From: Methanomassiliicoccaceae archaeon
Lineage (GTDB): Archaea > Thermoplasmatota > Thermoplasmata > Methanomassiliicoccales > Methanomassiliicoccaceae
Direction of reading: 5' to 3'
DNA length: 64,000 nucleotides
NCBI GenBank assembly: GCA_040776945.1
Contig: JAXGZN010000002.1
Coordinates: 832,001-896,000, forward strand
In this document: piece by piece, positions 39,589 to 49,096 of the stretch
Layout of the letters: every line of letters starts with the position of its first letter
How positions within the stretch are numbered: the first letter of the stretch is position 1
The notes under the pieces: generated by a model
What the model saw: only the letters and a program-made list of their open reading frames with translations
What the model was told of the DNA's origin: nothing
Databases searched by the model: none
Program-made: the position numbers and the translations under genes

Positions 39589-42320
39589 GTTCTTCCCCCA
39601 ATCTTGCTGAAATCGCCGAGTTGAGGAATGATGACCTCGCCATCGACAATTGAGTACTTTATCAACCGAGAGGCCACCTTTGTCGCCATATCGGGGTGCT
39701 CCCTGAAATGGTCGCGATAAAGGTCGTTAGATAAAATATACATATTCTTGTCCAAGGCCATCTGGATCACGTGATGATCATCGTTCTGCCCGGACGGTGC
39801 CTGTATCAGATACTTTTTTCTTTCGTTAGAGAAGTACCTCTTCAGAGCTTCGAATTTCTTCTTGCCGGCTTTATCTTTAGTCAGGGTACTCTGAATGCTC
39901 GAACCGATGACGATGAAAACTTCATCACAGGAGTATTTGCCCAATAGCGCTTCGAAGGTCCTTATGACGTTTTCCACGCTAACAGAGCCATCATTCTCAT
40001 TGTAGCGGGCAATGTTGCTGCCGTCCACGACCACTCGAATCCCTGAGACTGGATTCTTGTTGGCATCCATCTTATTTGCCACGATTTTGTCCCAGACGCC
40101 GAGCGTGCGGAGATTTTTCTCGAATCGCTTTGGCTCCCGGACCGAAGTATCGAAGACGGAAACAATGTCGCTATCGGTTATCTTTACCCTCTCAGTAAGC
40201 GCGCTACGCCTGGCCGAGATGATGAAGGATAGCCAGAGTTCGACGTCTCGATCATCTTTCGGACTTAACGAGCGCGAAAGCTGAGTAAGGTGATTGCTTA
40301 GAATTGCGTCAGGCATCATCCCGGCTCTGTTGAGCTCCTCCAGGTTGTTCATCATGGTGGACAATTGCCGCTCGTTTAGTGGTTTGGGCAGCTCCCGTGG
40401 GGGCGACACCAGTGAACTTAGATCGATCTGAACTCCCATTCCGGTCAAGGCCTCATGAATCGAGCGTACCACGACCCTGGTTTCAGGATCTAGTATATCT
40501 AAGGGCTCCTCGAAAATGCGCTTGATTATGTTTGTAAGAGAGAGCTTATCGACCTCTGCTCCGAGCCTGTGCATCTGCACGCAGAGTTTCAGCGCTTCCT
40601 GGGCTTCCTTTCCACTAACTTCGACCTCGCTGATGACCTCACAAGCCTTGGAGGCAAGGAGCATCCTCTGATCGGGTGATTGTATCTTGGAAAGTTGTTC
40701 GACCACTTTTGGTCCCCACTTGATGTTGTCCCTAGAGGTCAAACCTAGAATGGATCCAGCTCTCAAAGAGACGATCAGCTGAACGTATCTATCCCATAAG
40801 GGAGATGAGGCGAAGATAGCACCCCTCTTCTCCAGCACCTCCACCTGCGCGGCCATTCGAGCATCGAACTTGGATTGCTCCTTCGGACGCTTCATCTCTA
40901 TGGAGGACAGGTACAGGTTTGAGTTACCCTTCACTACGCGTTCGGGCAAGGCAATCAATGAATCCCAATTGGCCATGTTCATGTAGCGTTCCCAAATGGC
41001 CAGCTCAGCTTTGGACATCTCTGCTGCGCCTCTAGATGGTTCCATCTTTATGAGGAGCCGTATGATGTCATCAAACTCGTCGTTCGACGGAGCAGAGGCA
41101 CTGATGGCCTCTAGGCACCTCGGCAGATTACTCTCGGAAGGATTGATTACCAACAGAGCTTGGGCCAAACCTTTGTTCATCGGAAGGCGAGACATGCTCA
41201 TGGCGATCTCTTTCTTTATGCTATCCGCTGCCTCTATCCCCTGCTCAGCAAAGACGGGGACGCCGAGACCCTCATCCTGCAGGCTCAGTGCACTAATCAC
41301 TTGTTTATCAGTGGCTAGGATAACTCTACCAGGTTGCTGTAGGTCCAGATGAATTATCTGCACATCATTCCTAGTCACTCCCTTGTCGCCTTCTGGAGTC
41401 TTCGACGGTACGAACACAGTCTTGGGCAATAAGGAAGGATGTTGCATCAGTATGCTCCAAGCCTCTCCGAACAGGGCGCACCATTGAGCGCCCCTTAGGT
41501 AATCGCCCAGGTTGACATTTCCGGCATGCTGGAGCTGACAATCGTCGGGTAGCTCACTGGAATAGGTTTGTCTCCATGATAGGCGTGGTTCAGCATCCCT
41601 CCTCAACGACAGGATGGCTTGTTGAAGCGCCCCATTCTCCCTTGCCACCTTTAGGACAGACTTATCAAGAGTGCTCCGATGATCATCACCCACTGGTGTG
41701 TCGCTGCTGCGGAAGATTACTTTACCTGGGATTAGTAGGATATCCCCTATGACCTGAAGTTTTATCTGAGCACAGGCGGTGGTCGCATTGCTGTAAACCT
41801 GCTCTCCTTTTTCCAGTATCTTGCAATTCTTCAGATGGTTGTAGATTATCCCAAGGGGCGGTTCCTCAACACCCGCGACCCATTCTTCCCCAATATCTCT
41901 ATTGTTTTTGAATATCCTTGAGCCGGCATACCACTCCTTGGTTCCCGGATCAAACAGTATGCTATCCTCCACAATCCTTGGATCACCTAGTATGCGACCT
42001 TTCTCGAACATCCCCCGTCCCTTATCAGTGACCCGATAGAATCCAGGTGTGGTGCGCTGGAGGGCACCAATATCCTCAAGTTGCTTGGCCGCCTCCATCA
42101 GGAATGTCTCATCACCAACTCCAAGTCTCGTAGCTATCTCGCTCACCGACGGAGATGGCTTGATTTTGACCAGCGGAGCCAGGATTGCCCATTCCAACAG
42201 ATTGACCTTTCGGTCTCTCCTGAGGTCAGCCTTGAAGTAAGCCTGAATAACGGGATGTTCGAATTTGGCACCCGCAATTATGGTAAAAGGAGTCCAAGCC
42301 ACACGCTTAGGCTTATCCAA
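39585..42320 (-). CDS. large protein: N-terminal wHTH, C-terminal Regnase/Zc3h12a-type PIN (NYN) ribonuclease
   Basis: SVSEIATRLG..YRVTDKG wHTH; VVVDGSNIA, NDDHHVI, ILSNDLYRD. Confidence 0.82.
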   Translation of the reverse strand: MDKPKRVAWTPFTIIAGAKFEHPVIQAYFKADLRRDRKVNLLEWAILAPLVKIKPSPSVSEIATRLGVGDETFLMEAAKQLEDIGALQRTTPGFYRVTDKGRGMFEKGRILGDPRIVEDSILFDPGTKEWYAGSRIFKNNRDIGEEWVAGVEEPPLGIIYNHLKNCKILEKGEQVYSNATTACAQIKLQVIGDILLIPGKVIFRSSDTPVGDDHRSTLDKSVLKVARENGALQQAILSLRRDAEPRLSWRQTYSSELPDDCQLQHAGNVNLGDYLRGAQWCALFGEAWSILMQHPSLLPKTVFVPSKTPEGDKGVTRNDVQIIHLDLQQPGRVILATDKQVISALSLQDEGLGVPVFAEQGIEAADSIKKEIAMSMSRLPMNKGLAQALLVINPSESNLPRCLEAISASAPSNDEFDDIIRLLIKMEPSRGAAEMSKAELAIWERYMNMANWDSLIALPERVVKGNSNLYLSSIEMKRPKEQSKFDARMAAQVEVLEKRGAIFASSPLWDRYVQLIVSLRAGSILGLTSRDNIKWGPKVVEQLSKIQSPDQRMLLASKACEVISEVEVSGKEAQEALKLCVQMHRLGAEVDKLSLTNIIKRIFEEPLDILDPETRVVVRSIHEALTGMGVQIDLSSLVSPPRELPKPLNERQLSTMMNNLEELNRAGMMPDAILSNHLTQLSRSLSPKDDRDVELWLSFIISARRSALTERVKITDSDIVSVFDTSVREPKRFEKNLRTLGVWDKIVANKMDANKNPVSGIRVVVDGSNIARYNENDGSVSVENVIRTFEALLGKYSCDEVFIVIGSSIQSTLTKDKAGKKKFEALKRYFSNERKKYLIQAPSGQNDDHHVIQMALDKNMYILSNDLYRDHFREHPDMATKVASRLIKYSIVDGEVIIPQLGDFSKIGGRT

Positions 42321-45300
42321 GCTCCTCCCCCCTTACATAGCCATAGCCGCTCTCCCGCCGCTCGGCCATACCTATAATATCGCGGTAAGAGTAACGGTCC
42401 TCAGTCTGTCCATCGCAGCATATTTTAACCTTCACTTCTTCGAACGATTCCCTTGAGCCTACCACAAAGAGCAGCGTTCGGGCTCGAGAGATGGCGACAT
42501 TGATTCTCCGAAAATCTTTGACGAATTGCGTCACCCTTCCATTGGGGGGCGAGGAGACCAGGCTCGCGATTATGATGTCTCGTTCCATGCCCTGGAATCT
42601 GTCTACCGTCCCTACTCTCAGATCGAACCCCTGGAGCTTCTTCTCTTGCTTCAGTCGATTTACGAGGTCCCACAGCCTTCTCTCTTGGCCGGCGTAGAAG
42701 GAGATTATTCCTACTCCGATCGTTTTGTCCGTCGGTAATGAGGTCTTCTGGGCGCCCAATTGTCTCAATATGCGGCCAATCAGCTCTACCTCATAATCGT
42801 TGTATCTTGAACGGAAGCGGCCCTCTTCCTTGCCCTCAAAGTTACGGACGGGTTTACCGCCTATCATCCTATAGGACGATTCGACCCAAACTAGGTGGGC
42901 GTTCTTGGAAGCCAGTTCACCATGCTCGTTACGCAGAGAGAACTCGTTCTTGCGCTCGTTGTCAGGGTCTTTCAAACCCATTGTGAGCTTGTAACCGCTT
43001 GGATAAAACTGATTGATGGCGCCCATGATGGCTGTGTGCATCCTATACTGCTTTGTCAAGCGAGCCTTCAGTACATCCTCGGCTTGAGTGAACATTTCTT
43101 CAAAATATGATGTTGTCACCAGCTTCTCGTAACGCTTGAGCTTCTGATAAATCTCCTCGCTGCTCACGCTCTCATCGAAGGTCATTTCTTCTTCAGTGAG
43201 ACGGAACGAAGGCGGCAACTGGTGGTGGTCACCAACCAGTATGATCTGCTTGCCAACCAGCATAGGCATGAGCAGTTCTGGTGGGGTTGCTTTTGAGACC
43301 TCGTCGATGATCACCAGATCGAATTCTTTCTGGGAACCCCAGAACTTGTACTTTCCAGTCTCTGAACAGGTGGCCCCGACAATGTTGGATTGAGCCAGGT
43401 AGACTTTCCTGAGGCTTTCTCGGTCAATGTCATCGGTGGCTCCCAGCCTCTCCTTCCACTCCTTCTGGACCTCGTGCCATTCTTCCGAAAGCCCTGCTCC
43501 TTCCTTGAGCGTTTCAAGAGCGTGCCTGAGTCGCTGATGCCATGACAGGTCCCGATAGGAATCGTGGGGATGGGCGAGCTCGGTCTGCTCCTTTAGATGC
43601 TGTTCATATACTGCGGTTATCGACAGCAAGTGGGCAGCACGCTCCTTCTTCCAACCTTCCACCCTCTTTGCCAGTTCGCCTTCCTCGACCTCTGATATCA
43701 CAAGCACTTCTGAGGCGCGTTCCTTTTCCTTCAAGGCGCTTTCGAGCTCCTTTCTATCGGAATCCGCAATCGTTTCAAAACCGCCCTTAAGGCCAGTCAG
43801 ATGATTGCGCTGGGAGGGCGAGATAGTGAGGTCGAAAGTTTGTAGTTGTGTCAGAAGTGCTTTTAACTCTGCAAGGGCCGGCTCCAACTTGCGGTTCGGA
43901 CCGAGAGAGGATCGTAGTTCAGCTAAACGATGTTCTGATTCCTCTCCCCCCTGCAGATGATAGAGGTCGATGCAATCAATAAGAATTGGGTCAAGCGAGC
44001 GGAGATGATTGCGCCAGGCGTCGTTCACGGTACGATCATCTGCCCCCTTAAGGTCCAATAATTTCCGATTTATCTCACCCAGCTCTTTCTGTGCTGTTGA
44101 TACCTGGACACAGTTCTGATCGATCGCGTCTGCAATCAAATTTACGAGCACACGCTTCCTAGCATCTAGATCCTTTGCTTCCGCGGATTTGGTCTCGGCT
44201 AACGGAATGAGGGATGATAATGCCTGTACCTTGTCGATTGCAGTCGTAGCATGCTCCTTCAGCTCCATGTTCTTGACCAGGATGACTGGTAGCACATCCT
44301 TCACCCAAGTGGAGTCATCAGCATGCTTCCTGCCCAGCAAGCCAGAGCATAACGATTCTAGCAATCGCGGCTCCAACTCAGCCAGTCTTTGAATATCGCT
44401 GATACGTTGGGGGAGCCTGCCTTCTCTCACTAACCGGGATAGAAGTTCGACATTTCGCTCATCCAGTGCTACCTTTTCCTGAATTTTCAGTACCCTGTCC
44501 GATATGCTTTTCAAGTTTGATTTCTGTGCTTCGATTGCTTGGCTTGACACCTTTTGAGCCTGCACCATCCCCTTTTCCACTGGCAAGTTCTTTTCGATCC
44601 AATATGAGGCGACCTCAGCCGCTTTTATCTGGCGAATCAACTGACCTTGTGTCTCCACCGTCATAGTTAATGAGGATCTGACCCCAGTGAGCCAGTGCTG
44701 AACCACATTGGCTTCGACGAATGGCTCCCCGTCCTCAGTGATGTTTCTTTTAGGGCCAAGCCGGATTGGCCTCATGTTCACGGCGAACTCCTTCCTCCCC
44801 CCCATTAGCCTGCTGAGGGCGTTGTCGACGGCAAGGTTGGTTTGGGATGCAATGAGCACCCTGCCTCCCCTCTGGGTCACCTGATTGCAGAGTTCGGCGA
44901 TGACAGTGGTTTTTCCAGTCCCTGGAGGCCCCTGTATAAGGCAGAGATCGGGGGTGTTGATCGCTTTTTTGAGGGCCTCCATCTGGCCTTCGTTCAACCT
45001 ATCTTCAATGAGCGTCGATTTCTGAATGCCTTCGTCCCGCGTTGGTAGCCTTGCCTGCCCCACGTCGAATATGAAGTCCTCGAGGTGAGGGTTTGCCGAT
45101 TTTCCCTCCTTCAATCGATTTATGGCTTTTTGTTGAAGGGCTAGGGGCAGTTCGTCCAGGGCTACCGAATTAACCAGTAAGCCTGTAGCGGGCAACGCCA
45201 ATAGTTGGTCATCTCTCTTCTGCTCTTTGTCCTCCATCTCATCTAGCGCGAAGATAGGGTCAAGGTCGACTCGGATTATTGACTGGACATTATCACCATT

Positions 45301-46107
45301 CTTTGACTTGGAGGGAGGACGAGCTTTCTGTCCTGCCGCAATCTTACCCAAACGAATGGGCTCCCCGTCTTCCTCCGACCAGATCCAATTTCTACTTTCG
45401 GGGATGGCGTGGTCGAGGACGTAGACCTCGTCCTCACAACGGAACGCCTTATGGGAGTTTTCCGATCTGTTCTTCACCGATAACTCGATTTCCGCCGTGA
45501 CCGGTCCGGTCCTCACTAGATTTCCGTAAGCTATCCAAGCCCGCCGTCTTTGAACTACATCGAGGCTTTCATCGAGATATGCTTCCCAACTCTCGAGGCG
45601 CCTCTGAAGTTCATCTCGCCTCGGGGGAAGGGCGGTCAGGAAATCGATGTCAGAGGAGAACATGAATGAGTTATCTTCACCAGATTCAGACTCGAGGACC
45701 AGGACAGTGCATGTTATCAAGCCCTCCTTATCTGTGCTCGGCCTCTTTGACACGATGGAATAATACGCCTTTATTATGGTTAGACGACCGTTCGTTCTCA
45801 CACATTCGAAAACCAGGTCGTCCTCCATTCTCATGAAAGCCGAGTGGAGACTGCTCATCGGATCTAGACGGAATCGTAGTCGGCAGAACTTTTCATTCTT
45901 CTTCTCCCCCACGAAGATGTTTTCGACAAGGAAACGAGTTGAGGCGCCGTTAAGGGAGCGAAGTTTCTCCACTATCTCCTTTCCATCTTTTTGATCGACC
46001 TTTATCTTTTCTAGGTCCAATAACAGGACCAACCTTCTGGTCAATTCTCTCTGCCTGATCCCTTGATAATCTTGAGCTACATCTCCAAAGTCGATGATCG
46101 ACGCCAA
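42313..46107 (-). CDS. SF1B helicase, Upf1/DNA2/NAM7-like, with long helical insertion
   Basis: QGPPGTGKT, SQTNLAVDN, DEVSK, VGDHHQLPP, QYRMH, TVDRFQG, RINVAISRA. Confidence 0.92.
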   Translation of the reverse strand: MASIIDFGDVAQDYQGIRQRELTRRLVLLLDLEKIKVDQKDGKEIVEKLRSLNGASTRFLVENIFVGEKKNEKFCRLRFRLDPMSSLHSAFMRMEDDLVFECVRTNGRLTIIKAYYSIVSKRPSTDKEGLITCTVLVLESESGEDNSFMFSSDIDFLTALPPRRDELQRRLESWEAYLDESLDVVQRRRAWIAYGNLVRTGPVTAEIELSVKNRSENSHKAFRCEDEVYVLDHAIPESRNWIWSEEDGEPIRLGKIAAGQKARPPSKSKNGDNVQSIIRVDLDPIFALDEMEDKEQKRDDQLLALPATGLLVNSVALDELPLALQQKAINRLKEGKSANPHLEDFIFDVGQARLPTRDEGIQKSTLIEDRLNEGQMEALKKAINTPDLCLIQGPPGTGKTTVIAELCNQVTQRGGRVLIASQTNLAVDNALSRLMGGRKEFAVNMRPIRLGPKRNITEDGEPFVEANVVQHWLTGVRSSLTMTVETQGQLIRQIKAAEVASYWIEKNLPVEKGMVQAQKVSSQAIEAQKSNLKSISDRVLKIQEKVALDERNVELLSRLVREGRLPQRISDIQRLAELEPRLLESLCSGLLGRKHADDSTWVKDVLPVILVKNMELKEHATTAIDKVQALSSLIPLAETKSAEAKDLDARKRVLVNLIADAIDQNCVQVSTAQKELGEINRKLLDLKGADDRTVNDAWRNHLRSLDPILIDCIDLYHLQGGEESEHRLAELRSSLGPNRKLEPALAELKALLTQLQTFDLTISPSQRNHLTGLKGGFETIADSDRKELESALKEKERASEVLVISEVEEGELAKRVEGWKKERAAHLLSITAVYEQHLKEQTELAHPHDSYRDLSWHQRLRHALETLKEGAGLSEEWHEVQKEWKERLGATDDIDRESLRKVYLAQSNIVGATCSETGKYKFWGSQKEFDLVIIDEVSKATPPELLMPMLVGKQIILVGDHHQLPPSFRLTEEEMTFDESVSSEEIYQKLKRYEKLVTTSYFEEMFTQAEDVLKARLTKQYRMHTAIMGAINQFYPSGYKLTMGLKDPDNERKNEFSLRNEHGELASKNAHLVWVESSYRMIGGKPVRNFEGKEEGRFRSRYNDYEVELIGRILRQLGAQKTSLPTDKTIGVGIISFYAGQERRLWDLVNRLKQEKKLQGFDLRVGTVDRFQGMERDIIIASLVSSPPNGRVTQFVKDFRRINVAISRARTLLFVVGSRESFEEVKVKICCDGQTEDRYSYRDIIGMAERRESGYGYVRGEELG

Positions 46108-46529
46108 TTAATCCCCAATGAGGATAATTATACGACTATTAAAATAACTAAGCGACTCGTGTTTAAATTTAGGATTCTGAAGCATTGGTGGCACCAACGT
46201 CGATTCGCCTAGATGTGGTTATTAAGTTCCTAAATTATCGGTCTTGTTGCAAAAGTCATCTGACGAATTCTGAAGCCTATTTATCATTTATTATCCATAT
46301 CTCTATCAAAATATAATAGTGTGGTCCAACCTATTGCCAGTTGTTCAGAAAGACGATAGGTTGGTGACCACGATGACAGCAATTACGAGCGAAGTATTCA
46401 CCTATGTGATAAGTGCTCCCCGCGAAATAGTCGCGCGTTCATGCCAACCAACAGGGCCACGCTGATCGAATGTCATGAGCGCGATATGCCTCTCGCCCCC
46501 AAGCCCGTTCTTTTTGCAACGGCAACCCT

Positions 46530-47050
46530 TTAGCTATCCCTCGACCGATCGCTCCTGGGGAAGAGCGCCTGCGGGATCATCGACAGCATGTACGGATGCC
46601 TCAGCACGTACGACGGGCGGAGATAGAACGATACGTAGGCCTTGGCCAGCTTCCTCACCACCGCCTTGCGCCCGATGCCCATGCGGTCGCAGTCGATGAC
46701 CGGTTCCACGGCCGTGAAGCGGCTATAGTCCTCTGTCGACAGTGGATCATCGGCTCTCAGCTCGTCGAATATCAGCGTCCCCGGGAAGGGGCCAATGGAG
46801 GTGTCCTCGATCATTTCCGGCCCATGATCACGCCCGATGGGGAGACGGCAGCCGATCACGATGCTCGTTCGGCCAGCCATCGCCGACATGGCGAAAGGCA
46901 AGCGGCGGCGAACATCGCTCCGCTCAAAAGAGATATGCTACTTGCCGACCATATAGTGCCTGGCGTCAACGATCTGGTGCCTGACCGGGCGCAAGATCTT
47001 GTTCGAGCCGATGCAGCGGAACGGTCGTTAAGCATGACCGTTGTGGAAGC
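46530..47050 (-). pseudogene. decayed B12-binding-type radical SAM gene fragment
   Basis: PFPGT and AYVSFYLRP C-terminal motifs; upstream frame degenerate with an internal stop and no intact CxxxCxxC. Confidence 0.5.
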
Positions 47051-47111
47051 CGCGCCTTCCGATCGGAGATAGACGGTCCCGGACCTTCGATGGTCCTGAG
47101 GGTGATAGAGC

Positions 47112-47771
47112 ATGCGAGGCGAAAACGACCAGAAATGCCACTGGAACTCAACATATGAACGGTCGCAGGACTTCTTCGGCAAGGAGCCGAGCGAGCTGGC
47201 CGTCAGCGCGCTGCCGACGCTGAAGGACCATGGCGTGAGGACCGTCCTGGAGCTCGGCTGCGGACAGGGGCGGGACACCTGGTACTTCGCCAGGAACGGC
47301 ATGGCCGTCACCGCCCTGGACTACTCCGAAACCGGGGTCTGCCAGATGCGAGATGCCGTGGAGAGGGAGCGGCTGGACGATGTCGTAACGGTCATGGTAC
47401 ACGACGCCCGGGCCCCTCTTCCCTTCCCCGACAGCGCTTTCGATGCCGTCTACTCGCACATGTTCTTCACCATGGAGTTCTCCGAAGAGGAAGTATCCAG
47501 GATGCTGGGCGATTGCCGCAGGGTGCTGAGGCCCGGAGGACTGAACATATACTCGGTGCGCAACGACCACGATCCGCACTACGGCAAGTTCGAGCCTCGA
47601 GGCAAGGATATGTGGAAGAACCCCCTGGGCTTCGTGGTGCACTTCTTCACCGAGGAGAAGCTCCGCGAGCTCTCCGCCGGTTATGAGATATTGTGGATCA
47701 AGGAGTTCGATGAGCCTTCACCGGCGTACACGAAGAAGCTGTACGAGGTAGCGCTCCGAAGGCCCGGGTGA
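47112..47771 (+). CDS. class I SAM-dependent methyltransferase
   Basis: VLELGCGQGRD, LPFPDSAFDAVY, RVLRPGG. Confidence 0.92.
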   Translation: MRGENDQKCHWNSTYERSQDFFGKEPSELAVSALPTLKDHGVRTVLELGCGQGRDTWYFARNGMAVTALDYSETGVCQMRDAVERERLDDVVTVMVHDARAPLPFPDSAFDAVYSHMFFTMEFSEEEVSRMLGDCRRVLRPGGLNIYSVRNDHDPHYGKFEPRGKDMWKNPLGFVVHFFTEEKLRELSAGYEILWIKEFDEPSPAYTKKLYEVALRRPG

Positions 47772-47774
47772 GCC

Positions 47775-48878
47775 TTGCATCTCGATAGGGAGCAGGAACT
47801 GTCGCTGGCCGGAGAACGGGGACCGGCGGCCGAATGGGCCATGGGAGTCCTGGTGAAGCTCGGCGATAGGGCGGGCTCTTCCAGGATGGTCCCGGTGAGC
47901 TCCGTGCATGTCCCCGGCTGGTGCGAGGCCGGTCCATCGGACGCCTGCAGGTGGCTGACCTCGTCCGCCGGTCAGGGCACCGTGCCGCTCACTGCCAACC
48001 CCGGAGGACCGGACGATGATGGCACCCGGGAGCGGAAGCAGGCATTGGAGAACTGGCGGTCGCGGCCCTGCTACTCGTTCACCTGCGCACCGTATCTTTC
48101 CGGGAACCGTCCTTCAAGAGGCCAGGTGATCGCGTGGGGAGGCCGCGCGGCCTCCGCTTTCGCCAACTCGATCATCGGCGCGAGGACCGAGGTGGAGAGC
48201 TTCGAGACCGCCCTGGCATCGGCCATTACCGGACTGACGCCGGAGCGGGGGCTCCACTTGGAGGAGAGGCGCCGGATGTCCGTCGCCGTCACCGTCAAAA
48301 AAGACCATGGCGGGAAGATCGACCACCCCTTGCTCGGCTGGAGAATATCTAGAGAGCTGGATGGCCGGACGCCCCTGCTGTGCGGGATATCGCCGACCTT
48401 CGACGAGGCCAAGAGGCTGGCCTTCGCCATAAACTCTCGGGCAGGCATCCCGCTCTTCGGAATAAGGCGGGAGGCCGCCCCTCCCGCCGGCACGGAGGCC
48501 GTGGAAGTGAGCTTGGATGACGAGATCCTCGACCGGCCGGAGAGACCGGACCTTGTAATCCTGGGATGCCCGCATTTGTCCGAGCAGGACATCAACCGAT
48601 GGTCCAAGAGACTGGCGGACAGGGTGCCGGGCAGGGCGGAGGTATGGTTCTTCACATCCCGCCTGTGCATGGACAAGTGCCCCACCTTCGGCGCTGTGCT
48701 GCGCAAGCGGGGCCGGGTGCTCGCCGACCAGTGCCCCCTGGGCCTGATCAGGGAGCTAGCGGGCAGGGTCGTGGCATGCGACAGTCCCTCGCTGGTCGAG
48801 TGCCTCCGGCGAAAGGGCGTGAGCGCGTCATATCTTGCCGAGGACGAGCTGGTCGCTCTTCTGGTCCGAAGGGACTAG
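47775..48878 (+). CDS. aconitase X catalytic subunit-like (DUF521), divergent
   Basis: TCAPY, ANSIIGART, AITGLTP..GLHL, LGCPHLS, DQCP. Confidence 0.78.
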   Translation: MHLDREQELSLAGERGPAAEWAMGVLVKLGDRAGSSRMVPVSSVHVPGWCEAGPSDACRWLTSSAGQGTVPLTANPGGPDDDGTRERKQALENWRSRPCYSFTCAPYLSGNRPSRGQVIAWGGRAASAFANSIIGARTEVESFETALASAITGLTPERGLHLEERRRMSVAVTVKKDHGGKIDHPLLGWRISRELDGRTPLLCGISPTFDEAKRLAFAINSRAGIPLFGIRREAAPPAGTEAVEVSLDDEILDRPERPDLVILGCPHLSEQDINRWSKRLADRVPGRAEVWFFTSRLCMDKCPTFGAVLRKRGRVLADQCPLGLIRELAGRVVACDSPSLVECLRRKGVSASYLAEDELVALLVRRD

Positions 48879-49096
48879 GTGGGAACCAGGGGGCCTCCTA
48901 CCTCATCGCCAAGGCCGCCGGACCTGATGCGGCATTATGATCGATCGTATGTTACCGATCATCATGTCGCGCATGGCCCTCGAGGGGCGAGTCCATCATC
49001 GCCGAGCTGTGAGGCCGGTGCTGAAAGGCCGCACGTGTGCTAAGCGCTGATTGTCGTCGCAAAAGGCGGGCAGGCGCCCGTCGATCGCCTGCCGCT

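Larger units (their letters stand above)
33847..46450. mobile_element. tRNA-Gly-anchored genomic (defence) island, boundaries approximate
   Basis: Integrase remnant at the tRNA end, visibly lower GC and non-host codon usage, defence-type cargo. No att repeat found. Confidence 0.7.

Noticed and set aside
46108-46500. Right attachment site (copy of the tRNA-Gly 3' end)
   Set aside because: Only a short GCACCA match near 46190 was found, too short to be meaningful.
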